The notes under the pieces: generated by a model | Database searches by the model: none | What the model was told of the DNA's origin: nothing | The model's input: only the letters and a program-made list of their open reading frames with translations | Source: an uncultured Hyphomicrobiales bacterium | Lineage (GTDB): Bacteria; Bacteroidota; Ignavibacteria; Kapaibacteriales; UBA2268 | NCBI GenBank assembly: GCA_964513465.1 | Contig: CAZEMR010000001.1 | Coordinates: 81,037-145,036, forward strand | Direction of reading: 5' to 3' | Length of the DNA: 64,000 nt | Made by a program: the position numbers and the translations under genes | Shown here: one piece after another, positions 41,501-52,077 of the stretch | Layout of the letters: every line of letters begins with the position of its first letter | Numbering within the stretch: position 1 is the first letter of the stretch

Positions 41501-42544
41501 TCCACCACCCGCAAATATGGAGGCACCGGGCTGGGCACAACCATTTCTCGCCAGCTTGTGGAATTGATGGATGGGAAGATGTATCTGGAAAGCGAACCGG
41601 GAATCGGCAGCAAATTCTGGTTTGAGGTTACATTGCCGGTAAGCGGCCCTCCGATCGAGAATCCCGAGGAAATGGACGTCAATGAGGACATCCAGCATGT
41701 ATTAGCAGAAGAGCGCAAAGCTAATGCCACCAAAATACTCGTAGTGGACGATTACCCGCCCAACCGCGAAGTAGCCAGAATGCATCTCGAAGCCGCCGGC
41801 CATGAAGTTCATCTTGCCGAGGACGGAGAAAAGGGACTGGAGTTGTGCGATAAGATGAAATTCGATCTGATATTGATGGACATTCAGATGCCAAATATGG
41901 ATGGCTACGAAGCATCCGAACGTATACGATCGCAGGCCAAGATCAATAAAAATATTCCGATAATTGCGCTGACTGCGAATATCGAGGCAAGCGCAAAGGT
42001 CGATTGTCTGCATGCGGGGATGAATGACGTCATCACCAAGCCTATCCGCCGAAAGTCATTCCTTACAACGGTCGATAAATGGCTATTTCTCTCGGATTCT
42101 TCAGTCAAAAGCGAGACACTGATCGAAGCTTTGCCGCCGGAATCCCGAATGGATGAAGATGAAAACGCCGATTCGGAATCCGGCGAAACCATACCCCAAC
42201 CGATTGATCTGCGGGTGGCGGTCGACGAATTCGGTTCGATCGAAGTAGTAAGGAATGTGACTTTGCAATTTATCGACAATGTGGATCGTCAACTTGAAAA
42301 AATCAATGAGTCGATCGAAAATCGCGACAGCGAGACCCTCCGCCGTGAATTCCATTCGATCAAAGGCGGATCGGCCACTTTGGAAGCATTGCCATTGGCC
42401 GGATTTGCAAAAAAATTGGAAGACTTGAGTAAAAATGATAAATTTGAAGAAATAAATGCTTTAATGCCCGAGTTTTATGATTCATTTGAACAATTAAAGC
42501 ATTTCTTTTTCGAAAATCTTGATCCAAAAACAGGAAAAGAATGA
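38504..42544 (+). CDS. Multisensor hybrid histidine kinase (about 5-6 TM, 3 PAS, GAF, HisKA, HATPase_c, REC, Hpt)
   Basis: Three PAS repeats ending (M/I)RD(I/V)(T/S) or LDIT, GAF (LPIMANGKWYGFLGFED), SHEIRTPLNG, MDIQMP, Hpt FHSIKG. Confidence 0.93.
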   Translation: MDKIADPILRKLRNWFGLRHFSEEKDYERLRKSIFLHLIFNIGSFFLIIYSVLAALEGNYYLVAFDFATALLLSASALYFRRKGNFRFALYSGLALVSILYIYLVISGGEAKTGHLWIFTYPLIVMYLFGGRVGLLITIVFLALVHLTAFALDVRTVLDFYSDQYLYRLVGSFIVVFIIAYIYEYIRERTHRRFYDKRDKLERTVAELSKAESILRNSEQKFRNLIEHARDAILILRDGRIIFSNWAIEEITGYSAGEVHGMQFADFITEEDRYSLEYFMENFENDLPGAHIIESSVRHRLGYKINVELNINYIYYEQQPALQVFMRDITSRIQAMESLESSERKFRSLFEASGDAILLLKENNIIECNSRSLRLLGGSIEEIRNSEIFEYSPPMQPDRRKSRESMEELIALAHNNEDVNFEWQCRRKDGGLFYADIGITKLKTDGENLLQMIIRDVSYRKRTEEILHEQKALLDEVFQNVQEGIGIVDENETILFCNEAFARLFESPKEKLIGMNILSFFESEAREIINQQSRLRKSGRISTYEIPLRTDSGEHKFVRFNVSPRFSPEGHFAGGFAAVLDITALKQNERELEKYREHLERLVSERTAELNRSNKYLHSEIQERVAAEKKLSFRLRYEEGLASYSGSLLSGFEENLHEALYHLLNASQVSRVYLAENVEDPDKGLAMHIVHEVCASGVEPTVKSPDGLIIPYKFGFGRWEEILREGLPMLGHMESFPENERKILAGRKFKSLLILPIMANGKWYGFLGFEDVEKQREWNMEAPLLQTATDLMGSYIERRSYEQRLHQAKEEAEKISRLKSQFLANVSHEIRTPLNGIIGFSEVILSSKDIESIKNKTKSIISESESLLLLINDILDHAKIEAGKTVLEPNPMDIVSLMEELVSVFYVQAQTRGLDFAVTVEDSVPRYLFCDRLRLRQVLMNLLSNAFKFTKSGSVTIDVRSIRRMGDKVKLAFAVIDTGIGIPREQHENIFSSFSQADGSTTRKYGGTGLGTTISRQLVELMDGKMYLESEPGIGSKFWFEVTLPVSGPPIENPEEMDVNEDIQHVLAEERKANATKILVVDDYPPNREVARMHLEAAGHEVHLAEDGEKGLELCDKMKFDLILMDIQMPNMDGYEASERIRSQAKINKNIPIIALTANIEASAKVDCLHAGMNDVITKPIRRKSFLTTVDKWLFLSDSSVKSETLIEALPPESRMDEDENADSESGETIPQPIDLRVAVDEFGSIEVVRNVTLQFIDNVDRQLEKINESIENRDSETLRREFHSIKGGSATLEALPLAGFAKKLEDLSKNDKFEEINALMPEFYDSFEQLKHFFFENLDPKTGKE

Positions 42545-42933
42545 GAATACTTTGTGTGGACGACGAACCGGTGGCACTCGCCAAACTTTCCGGGATGCTC
42601 GAAAAATACGGCAAGGTCGACAAAGCCGAAAACGGCAAAGACGCCTTCGATTTGTTTTATAAGGCGCTGTATGGCTTTGATCCCTACGAGCTGATTACAA
42701 TAGATATATATATGCCGGAGATGCATGGCCTCGACCTTCTGGCAAAAATTCGCAGCGAAGAGAGCAAATTCCCGATCTATGTCTCCAAAATCGTAATGGT
42801 AACGGCCGAAGGCACCGCCGACAACGTTATTCAGGCGGCCAAAAGCCATGTGGATGCCTTTATTGTTAAACCGATAAAAAAAGACGTCCTGGCCCAGAAA
42901 ATGGAAGAGATCGGATTATCTCAGGGTAAATAA
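42541..42933 (+). CDS. Single-domain response regulator (CheY-like)
   Basis: VDD, IDIYMPEMHG, VTA, IVKP; ATGA overlap with the kinase. Confidence 0.92.
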   Translation: MRILCVDDEPVALAKLSGMLEKYGKVDKAENGKDAFDLFYKALYGFDPYELITIDIYMPEMHGLDLLAKIRSEESKFPIYVSKIVMVTAEGTADNVIQAAKSHVDAFIVKPIKKDVLAQKMEEIGLSQGK

Positions 42934-42957
42934 GGGGAATATTTACCAAAATATCTG

Positions 42958-42988
42958 AGCCTGATGGAATCCCCATCAGGCTTTTTTT
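42958..42988 (+). terminator. Intrinsic terminator
   Basis: AGCCTGATGG-AATCC-CCATCAGGCT-TTTTTT, a perfect 10-bp stem. Confidence 0.88.
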
Positions 42989-43032
42989 AAGCCAAAAAAT
43001 TTATTTCTTATGTCTTAATTCCGGAGAGATTA

Positions 43033-46000
43033 TTGAAAAATAATTCGATCAATGAACTGCTAAGTCGCCGAATACTCGTTCTCGACGGCGCCATGGGTAC
43101 GCTGATTCAGGGGTATGATCCGAACGAAAACGATTTTCGGGGAGAAAAATTCGCCGGCCATCCCTTGCAACTCGCAGGATGCAACGATGTGCTTTCGATT
43201 ACCCGCCCGGATATAATCAGAGAAATTCATGAGAAATACCTCGATGCCGGAGCGGATATTATCGAAACCAATACTTTCAACGCCCAGGCTATCTCTCTGG
43301 CGGATTACCGGCTCGGAGAATTCGCATACGAGATAAATCTGAACGCCGCAAAAATTGCCCGCGAAGCAGCGGATATATATATAACCAAAACTCCCGATAA
43401 GCCCCGTTTCGTTGCGGGATCGGTCGGACCCACCAACCGCACAGCGTCGATGTCGCCCGATGTAAGCGATCCGGGTTATCGTAATGTGACCTTCGACGAA
43501 TTACGCCAGGCGTATTTCGATCAGATTCGCGGGCTGATCGATGGCGGAGCGGATGTTATATTAATCGAAACAGTCACCGATACCCTTAATTGCAAAGCGG
43601 CAATCCATGCCGCATCGGGAGCTATGGAGCATTGCTGCAAATCTCTGCCGGTTATGATTTCCGGCACCGTGGTCGATATGAGTGGCCGCACGCTGTCGGG
43701 GCAGACAATCGACGCTTTTCGCATATCAGTTGCGCATACTCCGGGGCTGCTCTCGCTCGGACTGAACTGCTCGTTAGGCTCGGGCCAGATGAAGCAATTC
43801 ATCGAGGAATTATCCGCAACGGCCGATTGCTATGTTAGTCTCTATCCAAATGCGGGATTGCCCAATGAAATGGGCGAATACGACGAAAGCCCGGAATATA
43901 TGGCCGGAGTTGCCGCTGAATATGCCCGAAATGGATATGTGAATATAATCGGCGGATGCTGCGGTACCACTCCGGAGCATATCGCGGCAATTGCCGATGC
44001 GGTTAAGGATATTAAACCACGCACAATTCCCGATAAACCGCGCAGACTCGAACTCGCCGGACTCGAGGCTTTGGAGATCACGCCCGACAGCAATTTTATC
44101 AATATCGGCGAGCGGACAAATGTGGCCGGTTCGGCAAAATTCAAGCGCCTGATAAAAGAGGATAATTACGAGGAAGCGCTCGAAGTAGCCGCCGAACAGG
44201 TCGAAAACGGCGCCTCGGTAATTGATGTAAATATGGACGACGCAATGCTGGATTCGCCTGCGGCAATGACAAAATTCCTGCGAATGGTGGCATCCGAGCC
44301 GAATATCTCGCGCGTGCCGATGATGATCGATTCCTCTGATAAAAATGTGATAATTGCAGGATTGAAGTCGATTCAGGGGAAATGTATAGTCAATTCAATA
44401 TCGCTCAAAGAGGGCGAAGCCGAATTCATAGAATTCGCCCGCGAGATACGTCGCTTCGGAGCGGCCGCCGTGGTAATGGCATTCGACGAAGCCGGCCAGG
44501 CTGTCACTTATGATCGCAAAATCGAGATATGCCGACGTGCATATGATATATTGATTAGTAAAGCCAATTTCCGACCGGAAGATATTATTTTCGATCCGAA
44601 TATTCTGACCATCGCCACCGGAATGGAGGAACACAATGATTACGCCATTAATTATATAGAGGCCACGCGCTGGATAAAGTCAAATCTGCCGGGTAGTTAC
44701 GTCAGCGGCGGGGTGAGCAATCTATCCTTCTCGTTCCGTGGCAATAATGCCGTTCGCGAGGCAATGCATTCGGCATTCCTCTATCACGCAATTCGCGCCG
44801 GGATGGACATGGGCATCGTAAATGCTGGCCAGCTTGAGATTTACGAGGAAATTCCAAAAGAATTATTAAAATTAACCGAGGATGTGATATTCAATCGCAC
44901 TGCCGATGCAACCGAACGCCTTATCGATTATGCGGAAAAAATCAAGGATCAAGGCAAAAGTGGTGTCAAAACAGAAGAGTGGCGCGAACGCGACGTCGAA
45001 AGCCGCCTCAGATATGCTCTGGTCAAGGGGATTACTAAATATATTGAGGGCGACACCGAGGAGTGCCGTATCAAGCTCGGCGACGCACTCGGAGTAATCG
45101 AAGGTCCGCTGATGAGCGGAATGGACGAGGTGGGTGATCTGTTCGGAGCGGGGAAAATGTTTCTGCCTCAGGTCGTTAAAAGCGCTCGCGTTATGAAAAA
45201 AGCAGTTTCATATCTGCTGCCATATATCGAGGAAGAAAGAAAAGAATCGCAATCCGGGCGGGCAGGTCGTGTACTGCTGGCCACGGTCAAAGGCGATGTT
45301 CATGATATTGGCAAAAATATCGTTGGGGTTGTGCTCGGCTGCAACGGCTATGAGGTCATCGATCTCGGGGTGATGACCCCGGCCCGCAGGATTATCGAAG
45401 AGGCCATACGGCATGATGTGGATATGGTCGGCCTCAGCGGATTGATTACGCCATCGCTCGAAGAAATGCGCCGGGTTTGCGCAGCAATGGAGCAGGAAGG
45501 CATGAGAATGCCGATATTAATCGGCGGGGCGACAACTTCGCGGCTGCATACGGCTGTGAAGCTGGCGCCGGAATATTCAGGTCCCGTAATCCATGTGATC
45601 GACGCAAGCCGGAGCGTTAATACCGCCGGAAATCTTATTAATCAAAAAGCGAGAAATGAATATATAAATAATATCCGGAAAGAATATGACCAGCTTCGCG
45701 AAAACTATCTGAAATCGGGCCGCGAAAGCAAAATCATTTCGATCGGAGCAGCACGTGATAATCGATTGCCATTCGATGCCGGTGAAGCATCCATCCGGAC
45801 TCCTAAAAAGACCGGCATCACACGATTTATGGATTATGACCTGCAGGAAATAAGGGAATATATCAACTGGACGGAATTCTTCCTTGCATGGGATATTCGG
45901 GGGAAATATCCCAATATATTCGACGATCCCGAAAAAGGCGAGGAGGCACGCAAGCTATATGATGAAGCTGGAGAAATGCTCGATCTGATAATCGGCCGCG

Positions 46001-46704
46001 AATTGCTTCAGGCAAATGCGGTAATCGGGCTCTTCGCGGCGAATTCCACTCCGAATGACGATATCGAAGTATATACTACCGACGGTGGATTGCTGGGAGT
46101 GATTAATACGCTCCGCCAGCAGAAAGAGCGCAGCGGCGGGCACAATCTGGCGCTGAGCGATTATATCGCGCCGATTGATTCGGATACGAGGGATTATATC
46201 GGGATGTTTGCGCTTACAACAGGGATAGGCATGGAAGAGCTTGCCGGCGGATTTACTGCAGACGGCGATGATTATTCCGCAATTATGACAAAAATTCTCG
46301 GCGACCGTCTTGCAGAGGCTTTTGCGGAATTGTTGCACAAAATTGTCCGGCGTGATATCTGGGGATACGAGCGGGACGACGATGCTCGTATCGACGAGCT
46401 TATAAGCCGCCGATACCGGGGTATCCGTCCGGCTATTGGATATCCATCGATGCCCGACCACTCAGAGAACGGCAAAATATTCGAATGGCTGGATGCAACG
46501 CAATCCGCAGGTATTCGTCTTACAGAGTCATATATGATGCATCCCGGGGCGTCGGTGAGCGGCTTATACTTTGCGCATCCCGAATCGAAATATTTCGCCG
46601 TCGGTAAACTTGGACGCGACCAGGTGGGGGGATACCGCCGCCGCAAGGGGATAAGCCTCACCGAAGCCGAGAGGCTGCTCGAATCGCTTTTGGCTTATAA
46701 ATGA
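43033..46704 (+). CDS. metH: Cobalamin-dependent methionine synthase
   Basis: DGAMGT, GLNC, GGCCGT, pterin-binding IGERTN, B12 motif DVHDIGKN, reactivation domain RPAIGYP; TTG start with GGAGAG upstream. Confidence 0.97.
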   Translation: MKNNSINELLSRRILVLDGAMGTLIQGYDPNENDFRGEKFAGHPLQLAGCNDVLSITRPDIIREIHEKYLDAGADIIETNTFNAQAISLADYRLGEFAYEINLNAAKIAREAADIYITKTPDKPRFVAGSVGPTNRTASMSPDVSDPGYRNVTFDELRQAYFDQIRGLIDGGADVILIETVTDTLNCKAAIHAASGAMEHCCKSLPVMISGTVVDMSGRTLSGQTIDAFRISVAHTPGLLSLGLNCSLGSGQMKQFIEELSATADCYVSLYPNAGLPNEMGEYDESPEYMAGVAAEYARNGYVNIIGGCCGTTPEHIAAIADAVKDIKPRTIPDKPRRLELAGLEALEITPDSNFINIGERTNVAGSAKFKRLIKEDNYEEALEVAAEQVENGASVIDVNMDDAMLDSPAAMTKFLRMVASEPNISRVPMMIDSSDKNVIIAGLKSIQGKCIVNSISLKEGEAEFIEFAREIRRFGAAAVVMAFDEAGQAVTYDRKIEICRRAYDILISKANFRPEDIIFDPNILTIATGMEEHNDYAINYIEATRWIKSNLPGSYVSGGVSNLSFSFRGNNAVREAMHSAFLYHAIRAGMDMGIVNAGQLEIYEEIPKELLKLTEDVIFNRTADATERLIDYAEKIKDQGKSGVKTEEWRERDVESRLRYALVKGITKYIEGDTEECRIKLGDALGVIEGPLMSGMDEVGDLFGAGKMFLPQVVKSARVMKKAVSYLLPYIEEERKESQSGRAGRVLLATVKGDVHDIGKNIVGVVLGCNGYEVIDLGVMTPARRIIEEAIRHDVDMVGLSGLITPSLEEMRRVCAAMEQEGMRMPILIGGATTSRLHTAVKLAPEYSGPVIHVIDASRSVNTAGNLINQKARNEYINNIRKEYDQLRENYLKSGRESKIISIGAARDNRLPFDAGEASIRTPKKTGITRFMDYDLQEIREYINWTEFFLAWDIRGKYPNIFDDPEKGEEARKLYDEAGEMLDLIIGRELLQANAVIGLFAANSTPNDDIEVYTTDGGLLGVINTLRQQKERSGGHNLALSDYIAPIDSDTRDYIGMFALTTGIGMEELAGGFTADGDDYSAIMTKILGDRLAEAFAELLHKIVRRDIWGYERDDDARIDELISRRYRGIRPAIGYPSMPDHSENGKIFEWLDATQSAGIRLTESYMMHPGASVSGLYFAHPESKYFAVGKLGRDQVGGYRRRKGISLTEAERLLESLLAYK

Positions 46705-47375
46705 AATCAATAATGTATCGGAATAAAATATTAAAAAAATGCATACGTTGGGGTGTGGCTGCTATTGCTGCGGTTGCACTTCTGCTTGCTGCGTGTAATT
46801 ACATTATCGAAATATATTCCGAAGAATATGTTTCTGATACCCTGGATATGCTTCCGCATTCCAAAACTGCCCTTGTGCTTGGCACCAGCAAGTATTTGAG
46901 CGATGGCCGCGAGAATCTCTTCTTTCGGAACAGAATAAAAGCCGCTTCGCAATTATATCATCGCGGCAAGGTCGATTATCTGATCGTCAGCGGCGATAAC
47001 AGCTCTATTCATTATAATGAGCCGATCACTATGTATCGCGAGCTTATCAGCCAGGGCATCCCCGATTCTGTGATCTATGCTGATTATGCCGGCTTCCGGA
47101 CTCTGGATGCCGTAGTCCGCGCACGTGAGATATTCGGTCAGGATACCATAATAATTATTTCGCAGAAATTTCATAATAAACGCGCTGTATATATTGCGCG
47201 CAATAAAAACATCAGCGCTTGGGGATACAACGCCGAGGAAGTGAATATCTACAATAGTTTCAGCACGCTAATGCGTGAGTTTTTCGCCCGGGTGAAGGTA
47301 TTTATCGATTTGTATATTACAAACGAACAGCCCAGATTTTTAGGGGAACGTATTTATATAGGAGAATCCAAATGA
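46701..47375 (+). CDS. sanA: SanA/YdcF (DUF218) family protein
   Basis: N-terminal TM, LVLG, SGDN...[25 protein letters not shown]. Confidence 0.88.
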   Translation: MKSIMYRNKILKKCIRWGVAAIAAVALLLAACNYIIEIYSEEYVSDTLDMLPHSKTALVLGTSKYLSDGRENLFFRNRIKAASQLYHRGKVDYLIVSGDNSSIHYNEPITMYRELISQGIPDSVIYADYAGFRTLDAVVRAREIFGQDTIIIISQKFHNKRAVYIARNKNISAWGYNAEEVNIYNSFSTLMREFFARVKVFIDLYITNEQPRFLGERIYIGESK

Positions 47376-48346
47376 GCGCATCTACCGAATATTGGGATAT
47401 CGGTCAGGACTACTCCGGTGGCATTAAGCGGACGGCGGAGGTGCTCCGCAATGGCGATACATTCGTATTCCCTACGGAAACGGTTTATGGGCTGGGCTGC
47501 CGCTTGTTTGATGAATCAGCAGCCGAAAGGATATTCGAAATCAAGCAGCGCAGCCGCGGCAAACCGCTGAGCGGATACCTGCATACGCCCGAAAACGTCG
47601 ATATGCTTGCGCGCTCATCGCCCGAAATCTTCTATCGGCTGGCGGAGCATTTCCTGCCTGGCCCGCTGGCTGTGATTCTGCCACGCCGGCCTGAAGTGTC
47701 CGATTCGATTACCGGCGGATTTGACACAATCGCAATCCGAATTCCGGATAATGACTTTGTCCTCGATCTGATTGAATATCTCGGCGAGCCGATTGCCGGG
47801 ACTTCAGCGAATCTATCCGACGAGGCATCTGCCAAAACCGCCGCTGAAGCCTTCGATACGCTGCGTGGCAAAACTCCCCTCGTAATCGACGGCGGCGAGG
47901 CGATGTACGGGATTGAATCGACTGTGCTTGATCTATCCGGTGATAATCCGAAAATACTACGAAACGGAATGGTAACCCAATCCGAGATAGAATTCGTACT
48001 CGGCCGGAAGATTGACAACGCTGCATCGAATCCTGCTCCGCAGAATTTTTATCTGCCGCTTACAAAGATTTATTTATATAATAATATTAGGGAATTGGCC
48101 GAGCTGACCCAAATGGACGAGAGCAGCCGAATCCTTTTGCTGAGTAATCATTATTATCCGAAATCTCTTATAAATGCGGATGTACGAAAGCTCGGCGCTG
48201 TGGATATATTCGATAATCTCAGATTTGCCGATGCAATGGGATACGATCAGGTGGCAGTTCTGCTTGATTCGAAATCATGCAGACATAGGATTATGCAGAG
48301 CCGGATAAATATTATCATTAAAATTCAGAGCGGCAAATCCGCATGA
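47372..48346 (+). CDS. tsaC: L-threonylcarbamoyladenylate synthase (Sua5-type)
   Basis: FPTETVYGLG, K.R, PGP, SAN.S, ESTV; divergent C-terminal SUA5-like domain. Confidence 0.92.
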   Translation: MSASTEYWDIGQDYSGGIKRTAEVLRNGDTFVFPTETVYGLGCRLFDESAAERIFEIKQRSRGKPLSGYLHTPENVDMLARSSPEIFYRLAEHFLPGPLAVILPRRPEVSDSITGGFDTIAIRIPDNDFVLDLIEYLGEPIAGTSANLSDEASAKTAAEAFDTLRGKTPLVIDGGEAMYGIESTVLDLSGDNPKILRNGMVTQSEIEFVLGRKIDNAASNPAPQNFYLPLTKIYLYNNIRELAELTQMDESSRILLLSNHYYPKSLINADVRKLGAVDIFDNLRFADAMGYDQVAVLLDSKSCRHRIMQSRINIIIKIQSGKSA

Positions 48347-48399
48347 TTTTATTATATTTGAATTCCTGTTTTGATTTGACTTATTAATAAATTATAATT

Positions 48400-48666
48400 A
48401 TGATAGAAAAAGAAGTGGAAATTAAAAACCGAGCCGGACTTCATACCCGGCCGGCTGCCACATTAGTCAAAAAAGCTGCCCGGTTCAAATCCGAGATCGA
48501 GCTGGAGCGTGATTCCTTTGCGATCAATGCGAAAAGCATCATCGGGGTGATGACGCTCGCGGCCGAGCAGGGCTGCAAGCTGCTGCTACGTATAAGCGGC
48601 GAGGACGAGGAGGAAGCCGCCCGCGAACTCACGGAGCTGTTCGAGAGCGGATTCGGGGAGATATAG
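48400..48666 (+). CDS. ptsH: Phosphocarrier protein HPr
   Basis: GLHTRPA (His15) and NAKSI (Ser46). Confidence 0.96.
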   Translation: MIEKEVEIKNRAGLHTRPAATLVKKAARFKSEIELERDSFAINAKSIIGVMTLAAEQGCKLLLRISGEDEEEAARELTELFESGFGEI

Positions 48667-48688
48667 TCTGAATATTATGGAAAAATAA

Positions 48689-50434
48689 ATGGATTATTCT
48701 GATATAAAAATTGGTTTCGAAGAGCGTGAATTCGATCCGATTTCGCTGAAGGGGATTCCTTCATCCGCGGGTATTGCTATCGGCACTGCCCGGGTACTGG
48801 AGCCTGAATCTATTGTGTCTCCTCAGGAGCGCATACCTCGGGACAAAATCGAAAGCGAAATCAACCGATTTGATATTGCGCTCTCAGAGCTGATCCGCGA
48901 ATTCAGCGATGTGCTCGAAAAAGTCCGCGGCGAATCGAAAAACATTGTTGCGATTATAGAAACCAACCTTATGATCGCAACCGACCCGACATTTACCGAT
49001 TCGGTAACCACTCGCATCAAAGAAGGCTACTCAGTCGAAAGCTCAATTATATATGAATTCGACCGCCAGAAGCAATTTTTTAAAAAATCACGCGATCAGA
49101 TATTGCGGGAACGCGCCGGCGAACTCGATCATATCAAAGAACGGCTGCTCGGCACTCTGCGCAACCGCTGCCTTTATTACGGGCTGGCACGAAATTCGAT
49201 AATCGTGGCTCAGTCGCTCACTCCTTCGGATCTGGTCAATCTGAAGGAATCAAGCGTGCTTGCAATCGTTACGGAACTGGGCGGAATTGCATCGCATATG
49301 TCCATACTTGCCCGCTCTTTCGAAATCCCGGCGGTAATCGGCGTAAAAAAAGCAACCCAATTCATCAAAGATGGCGCTAAAATTATTGTGGACGGATATT
49401 CCGGAACCGTGCTAAATAATCCTGACCAGGAAGCAATTGCTGAATACGAGCAGCGTCGCGAACAGGCCATCCAGAATCGCAAAAAGCTTGGCACGCTTGC
49501 TAACGTGACTACCCAGACTTCGGATAAACGCGAAATCAAGGCTATGGCCAATGTGGATTTCCTGGAAGATGTCAATCTCGCGCTGGTGGCCGGAGCGGAC
49601 GGCATCGGACTCGTCCGCAGCGAGAATTTGCTGCTGTCGCTCGAGCATTTCCCCGATGAAGAGGAGCAATACCAGTGGTACAAGGAAATTGCCGAAAGGA
49701 TGTACCCAAGTCCTGTCACTATACGAGTATTCGATCTGGGTAGCGATAAGTATTCCAAAGGCATGCCCCGCCACGAGGACAATCCGGCGCTGGGGTTCCG
49801 CGGTATCAGATTCCTGCTTTCGCGGCTGGATGTGTTTGAAGTGCAGATTCGGGCTATTCTTCGCGCCTCGGTCGATAAAAATGTAAGGATCATGATACCA
49901 ATGATCACGAATTTGTCAGAGGTGATCCGTGCGTTCAATATTATCGAAAAATGTAAACACGATCTCTCGATCGAGGGCATCGACCACGACGAGCGAATGC
50001 CATTCGGAGTTATGATCGAAACCCCTGCAGCGGCCATATTGGCCGAAGAAATCGCTAAATTCTGCAATTTCTTCAGCATTGGTACAAATGACCTGACGCA
50101 GTATACCCTGGCCTCCGACCGTACTAACGAGCTGGTCAGCGACGTTTTCGATTCATTCCATCCGGCAGTGCTTAAATTGATGAAAATGACAGTTGACGCA
50201 GCCCACCGGCAGGGTATAGATGTCGGCATATGCGGCGAAATCGCAGGGCATTCGGCAGCCACCCAACTCATTATCGGGCTTGGAATAGACGAAATAAGCG
50301 TTTCGCCTACGATTCTGCTCGAGACAAAAAAACGCATACTCGACTCGAATTTCGAGGATTCGGTGAGGTTTTCCGAGGATTATATAGCCCGCGGCGGGCG
50401 CGACAACATAACCCAGGTGATCCGCAAGGGGTAA
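48689..50434 (+). CDS. ptsI: PEP-protein phosphotransferase (PTS enzyme I)
   Basis: SHMSILAR phospho-His, NPALGFRGIR, SIGTNDL, GICGE. Confidence 0.96.
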   Translation: MDYSDIKIGFEEREFDPISLKGIPSSAGIAIGTARVLEPESIVSPQERIPRDKIESEINRFDIALSELIREFSDVLEKVRGESKNIVAIIETNLMIATDPTFTDSVTTRIKEGYSVESSIIYEFDRQKQFFKKSRDQILRERAGELDHIKERLLGTLRNRCLYYGLARNSIIVAQSLTPSDLVNLKESSVLAIVTELGGIASHMSILARSFEIPAVIGVKKATQFIKDGAKIIVDGYSGTVLNNPDQEAIAEYEQRREQAIQNRKKLGTLANVTTQTSDKREIKAMANVDFLEDVNLALVAGADGIGLVRSENLLLSLEHFPDEEEQYQWYKEIAERMYPSPVTIRVFDLGSDKYSKGMPRHEDNPALGFRGIRFLLSRLDVFEVQIRAILRASVDKNVRIMIPMITNLSEVIRAFNIIEKCKHDLSIEGIDHDERMPFGVMIETPAAAILAEEIAKFCNFFSIGTNDLTQYTLASDRTNELVSDVFDSFHPAVLKLMKMTVDAAHRQGIDVGICGEIAGHSAATQLIIGLGIDEISVSPTILLETKKRILDSNFEDSVRFSEDYIARGGRDNITQVIRKG

Positions 50435-50443
50435 TGGGTGTAA

Positions 50444-50782
50444 TTATGTTCGGTGGTCTCGGGTCTTAGCCTCCCTGATTAATTTTTCGGCATATTCATT
50501 CAACTCCGGAAGATATATATTTATATACTCGGCATATTTCAGCAATACATCGGGATTGCTTCGATTAAGCTTCATACAACGCTCGAAAGTATCGAGCATA
50601 AGCTCTATCGGAAGATAGAGATAGTTGTCCAGACCGATGATATAAAGAAGCTCTTCGGAGTTTTGCGTTACCGGAAGCAGTTGCTCATATTGCTCGACTG
50701 CTTCGTCGAGGTCGGTAGCGAGCGGTTCAACGAGAACCGAATTCAGAAAGATGATTTTGAGCGCCGTTTCTGCCAGCAGCAT
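50444..50782 (-). CDS. Hypothetical helical protein (HAT/TPR-like C-terminus)
   Basis: 112-aa ORF filling the gap; FERCMKLN...VLLKYAEY; preceded by a TAAGTTTG box at 50824-50831. Confidence 0.6.
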   Translation of the reverse strand: MLLAETALKIIFLNSVLVEPLATDLDEAVEQYEQLLPVTQNSEELLYIIGLDNYLYLPIELMLDTFERCMKLNRSNPDVLLKYAEYINIYLPELNEYAEKLIREAKTRDHRT

Positions 50783-50890
50783 ATAGGCTGTCTCATGTTG
50801 TTCGAAATACCATTTCGTTGATGCAAACTTATTTTAAAAATTTGTTAAAATCAACAAAAATTTAACAAAGTTCAAATTTTATTGTGCGGA

Positions 50891-52072
50891 TCATATCTTT
50901 TCGCTTAAAAATTCAAATGCGGTTGCGGCAAGCATAACCGTGCCGTACTTCATTGCTTCTTCGTCCGGTGCAAATCGCGGATTATGAAGCGAAGCCACAT
51001 GCGATTCGTCCGATGGGCGGGCGCCAACCATCCAGAATGCCGAAGGAGCCTGGCGGGCAAAATATGCAAAATCCTCCGCCCACATTTTTGGCTCCATATT
51101 TAATACATCCGATTCCCCGAATAGTTTAACAGCGGTTTCGCGCACGAATTCCGATGTGCTGTCGTGATTGATCAGCGGCGGATAACCTGCCGTGATATTT
51201 ATGCGCGGTTCGACGCCGTAAAGGCTGCAGATTAGCCCGATATCTTTTTTGATTTTTTCATGAATTCCGAATCGTATGTGGTCATCGTACGTACGCAGTG
51301 TGCCCATCATCCTGACGCGGTCGGGATAGATATTGGGAGCGCTTCCACCCTGAATCGATGTGATCGCCAGCAGAGCCGGATGCAGCGGATTTTTATGTTT
51401 ATTGAGCAAATTATTAAAATGAAGCGCAAGCTGCGATGCCACTATCAGCGGGTCGTTGCCAAGATGGGGCTGGCCGGCGTGCGAGCCTTTTCCGATGAGC
51501 TCTATATATATTTCGTCGCTCGAAGCGAATATCGGACCTTCTGTGATGGCGATTTTGCCGGCGGGCATCGAGGGCTCGACGTGCTGGCCGAATATGGCAA
51601 AGGGGATGGGGTCTTCGAGTGCGCCCTGTTCTATCATTTTTGCAGCTCCGCCGGGCAGCTTTTCTTCGGAGGGCTGGAACAATAATTTTATGCAGCCACG
51701 CAATTCTTTCTCATTTTTTTTCAGAATCCGGGCAGCGCCCAGCAGCATGGCCATGTGCATATCGTGGCCGCAGGCGTGCATTGATCCGTGTTTTTTGGAT
51801 GAATACTCAAGGCCGGTTTCTTCGTCGAGCGGAAGTGCGTCCATATCGGCACGAAGCGCTATGCAATGTTCGCCGTCGCCAATCATTCCGATGCGTCCTG
51901 TGCCGGCAATGCCAAGAGTCTCGATTCCGATTTCTTTCAGATAGTCGCGGATATAATCGCTGGTGGCGAATTCTTCGCCTGACAATTCAGGATATTGATG
52001 AAAATGGCGGCGATGGCTGACTATTTCGTCGAATATTTTTTCGGTTTCGATTTTAATATCGTGAATATCCAT
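50891..52072 (-). CDS. M20D family amidohydrolase
   Basis: RADMDALP, MHACGHD, FQPSEE, AEDF, LH.P.F. Confidence 0.93.
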   Translation of the reverse strand: MDIHDIKIETEKIFDEIVSHRRHFHQYPELSGEEFATSDYIRDYLKEIGIETLGIAGTGRIGMIGDGEHCIALRADMDALPLDEETGLEYSSKKHGSMHACGHDMHMAMLLGAARILKKNEKELRGCIKLLFQPSEEKLPGGAAKMIEQGALEDPIPFAIFGQHVEPSMPAGKIAITEGPIFASSDEIYIELIGKGSHAGQPHLGNDPLIVASQLALHFNNLLNKHKNPLHPALLAITSIQGGSAPNIYPDRVRMMGTLRTYDDHIRFGIHEKIKKDIGLICSLYGVEPRINITAGYPPLINHDSTSEFVRETAVKLFGESDVLNMEPKMWAEDFAYFARQAPSAFWMVGARPSDESHVASLHNPRFAPDEEAMKYGTVMLAATAFEFLSEKI

Positions 52073-52077
52073 GAATG

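Noticed and set aside
42934-43032. Possible SAM or cobalamin riboswitch upstream of metH
   Set aside because: Only 99 nt; the hairpin is explained as the terminator of the upstream operon, and I see no aptamer consensus.
49210-50337. 375-aa - strand ORF antisense to ptsI
   Set aside because: Ser/Ile-rich composition typical of a shadow frame; lies wholly within ptsI.
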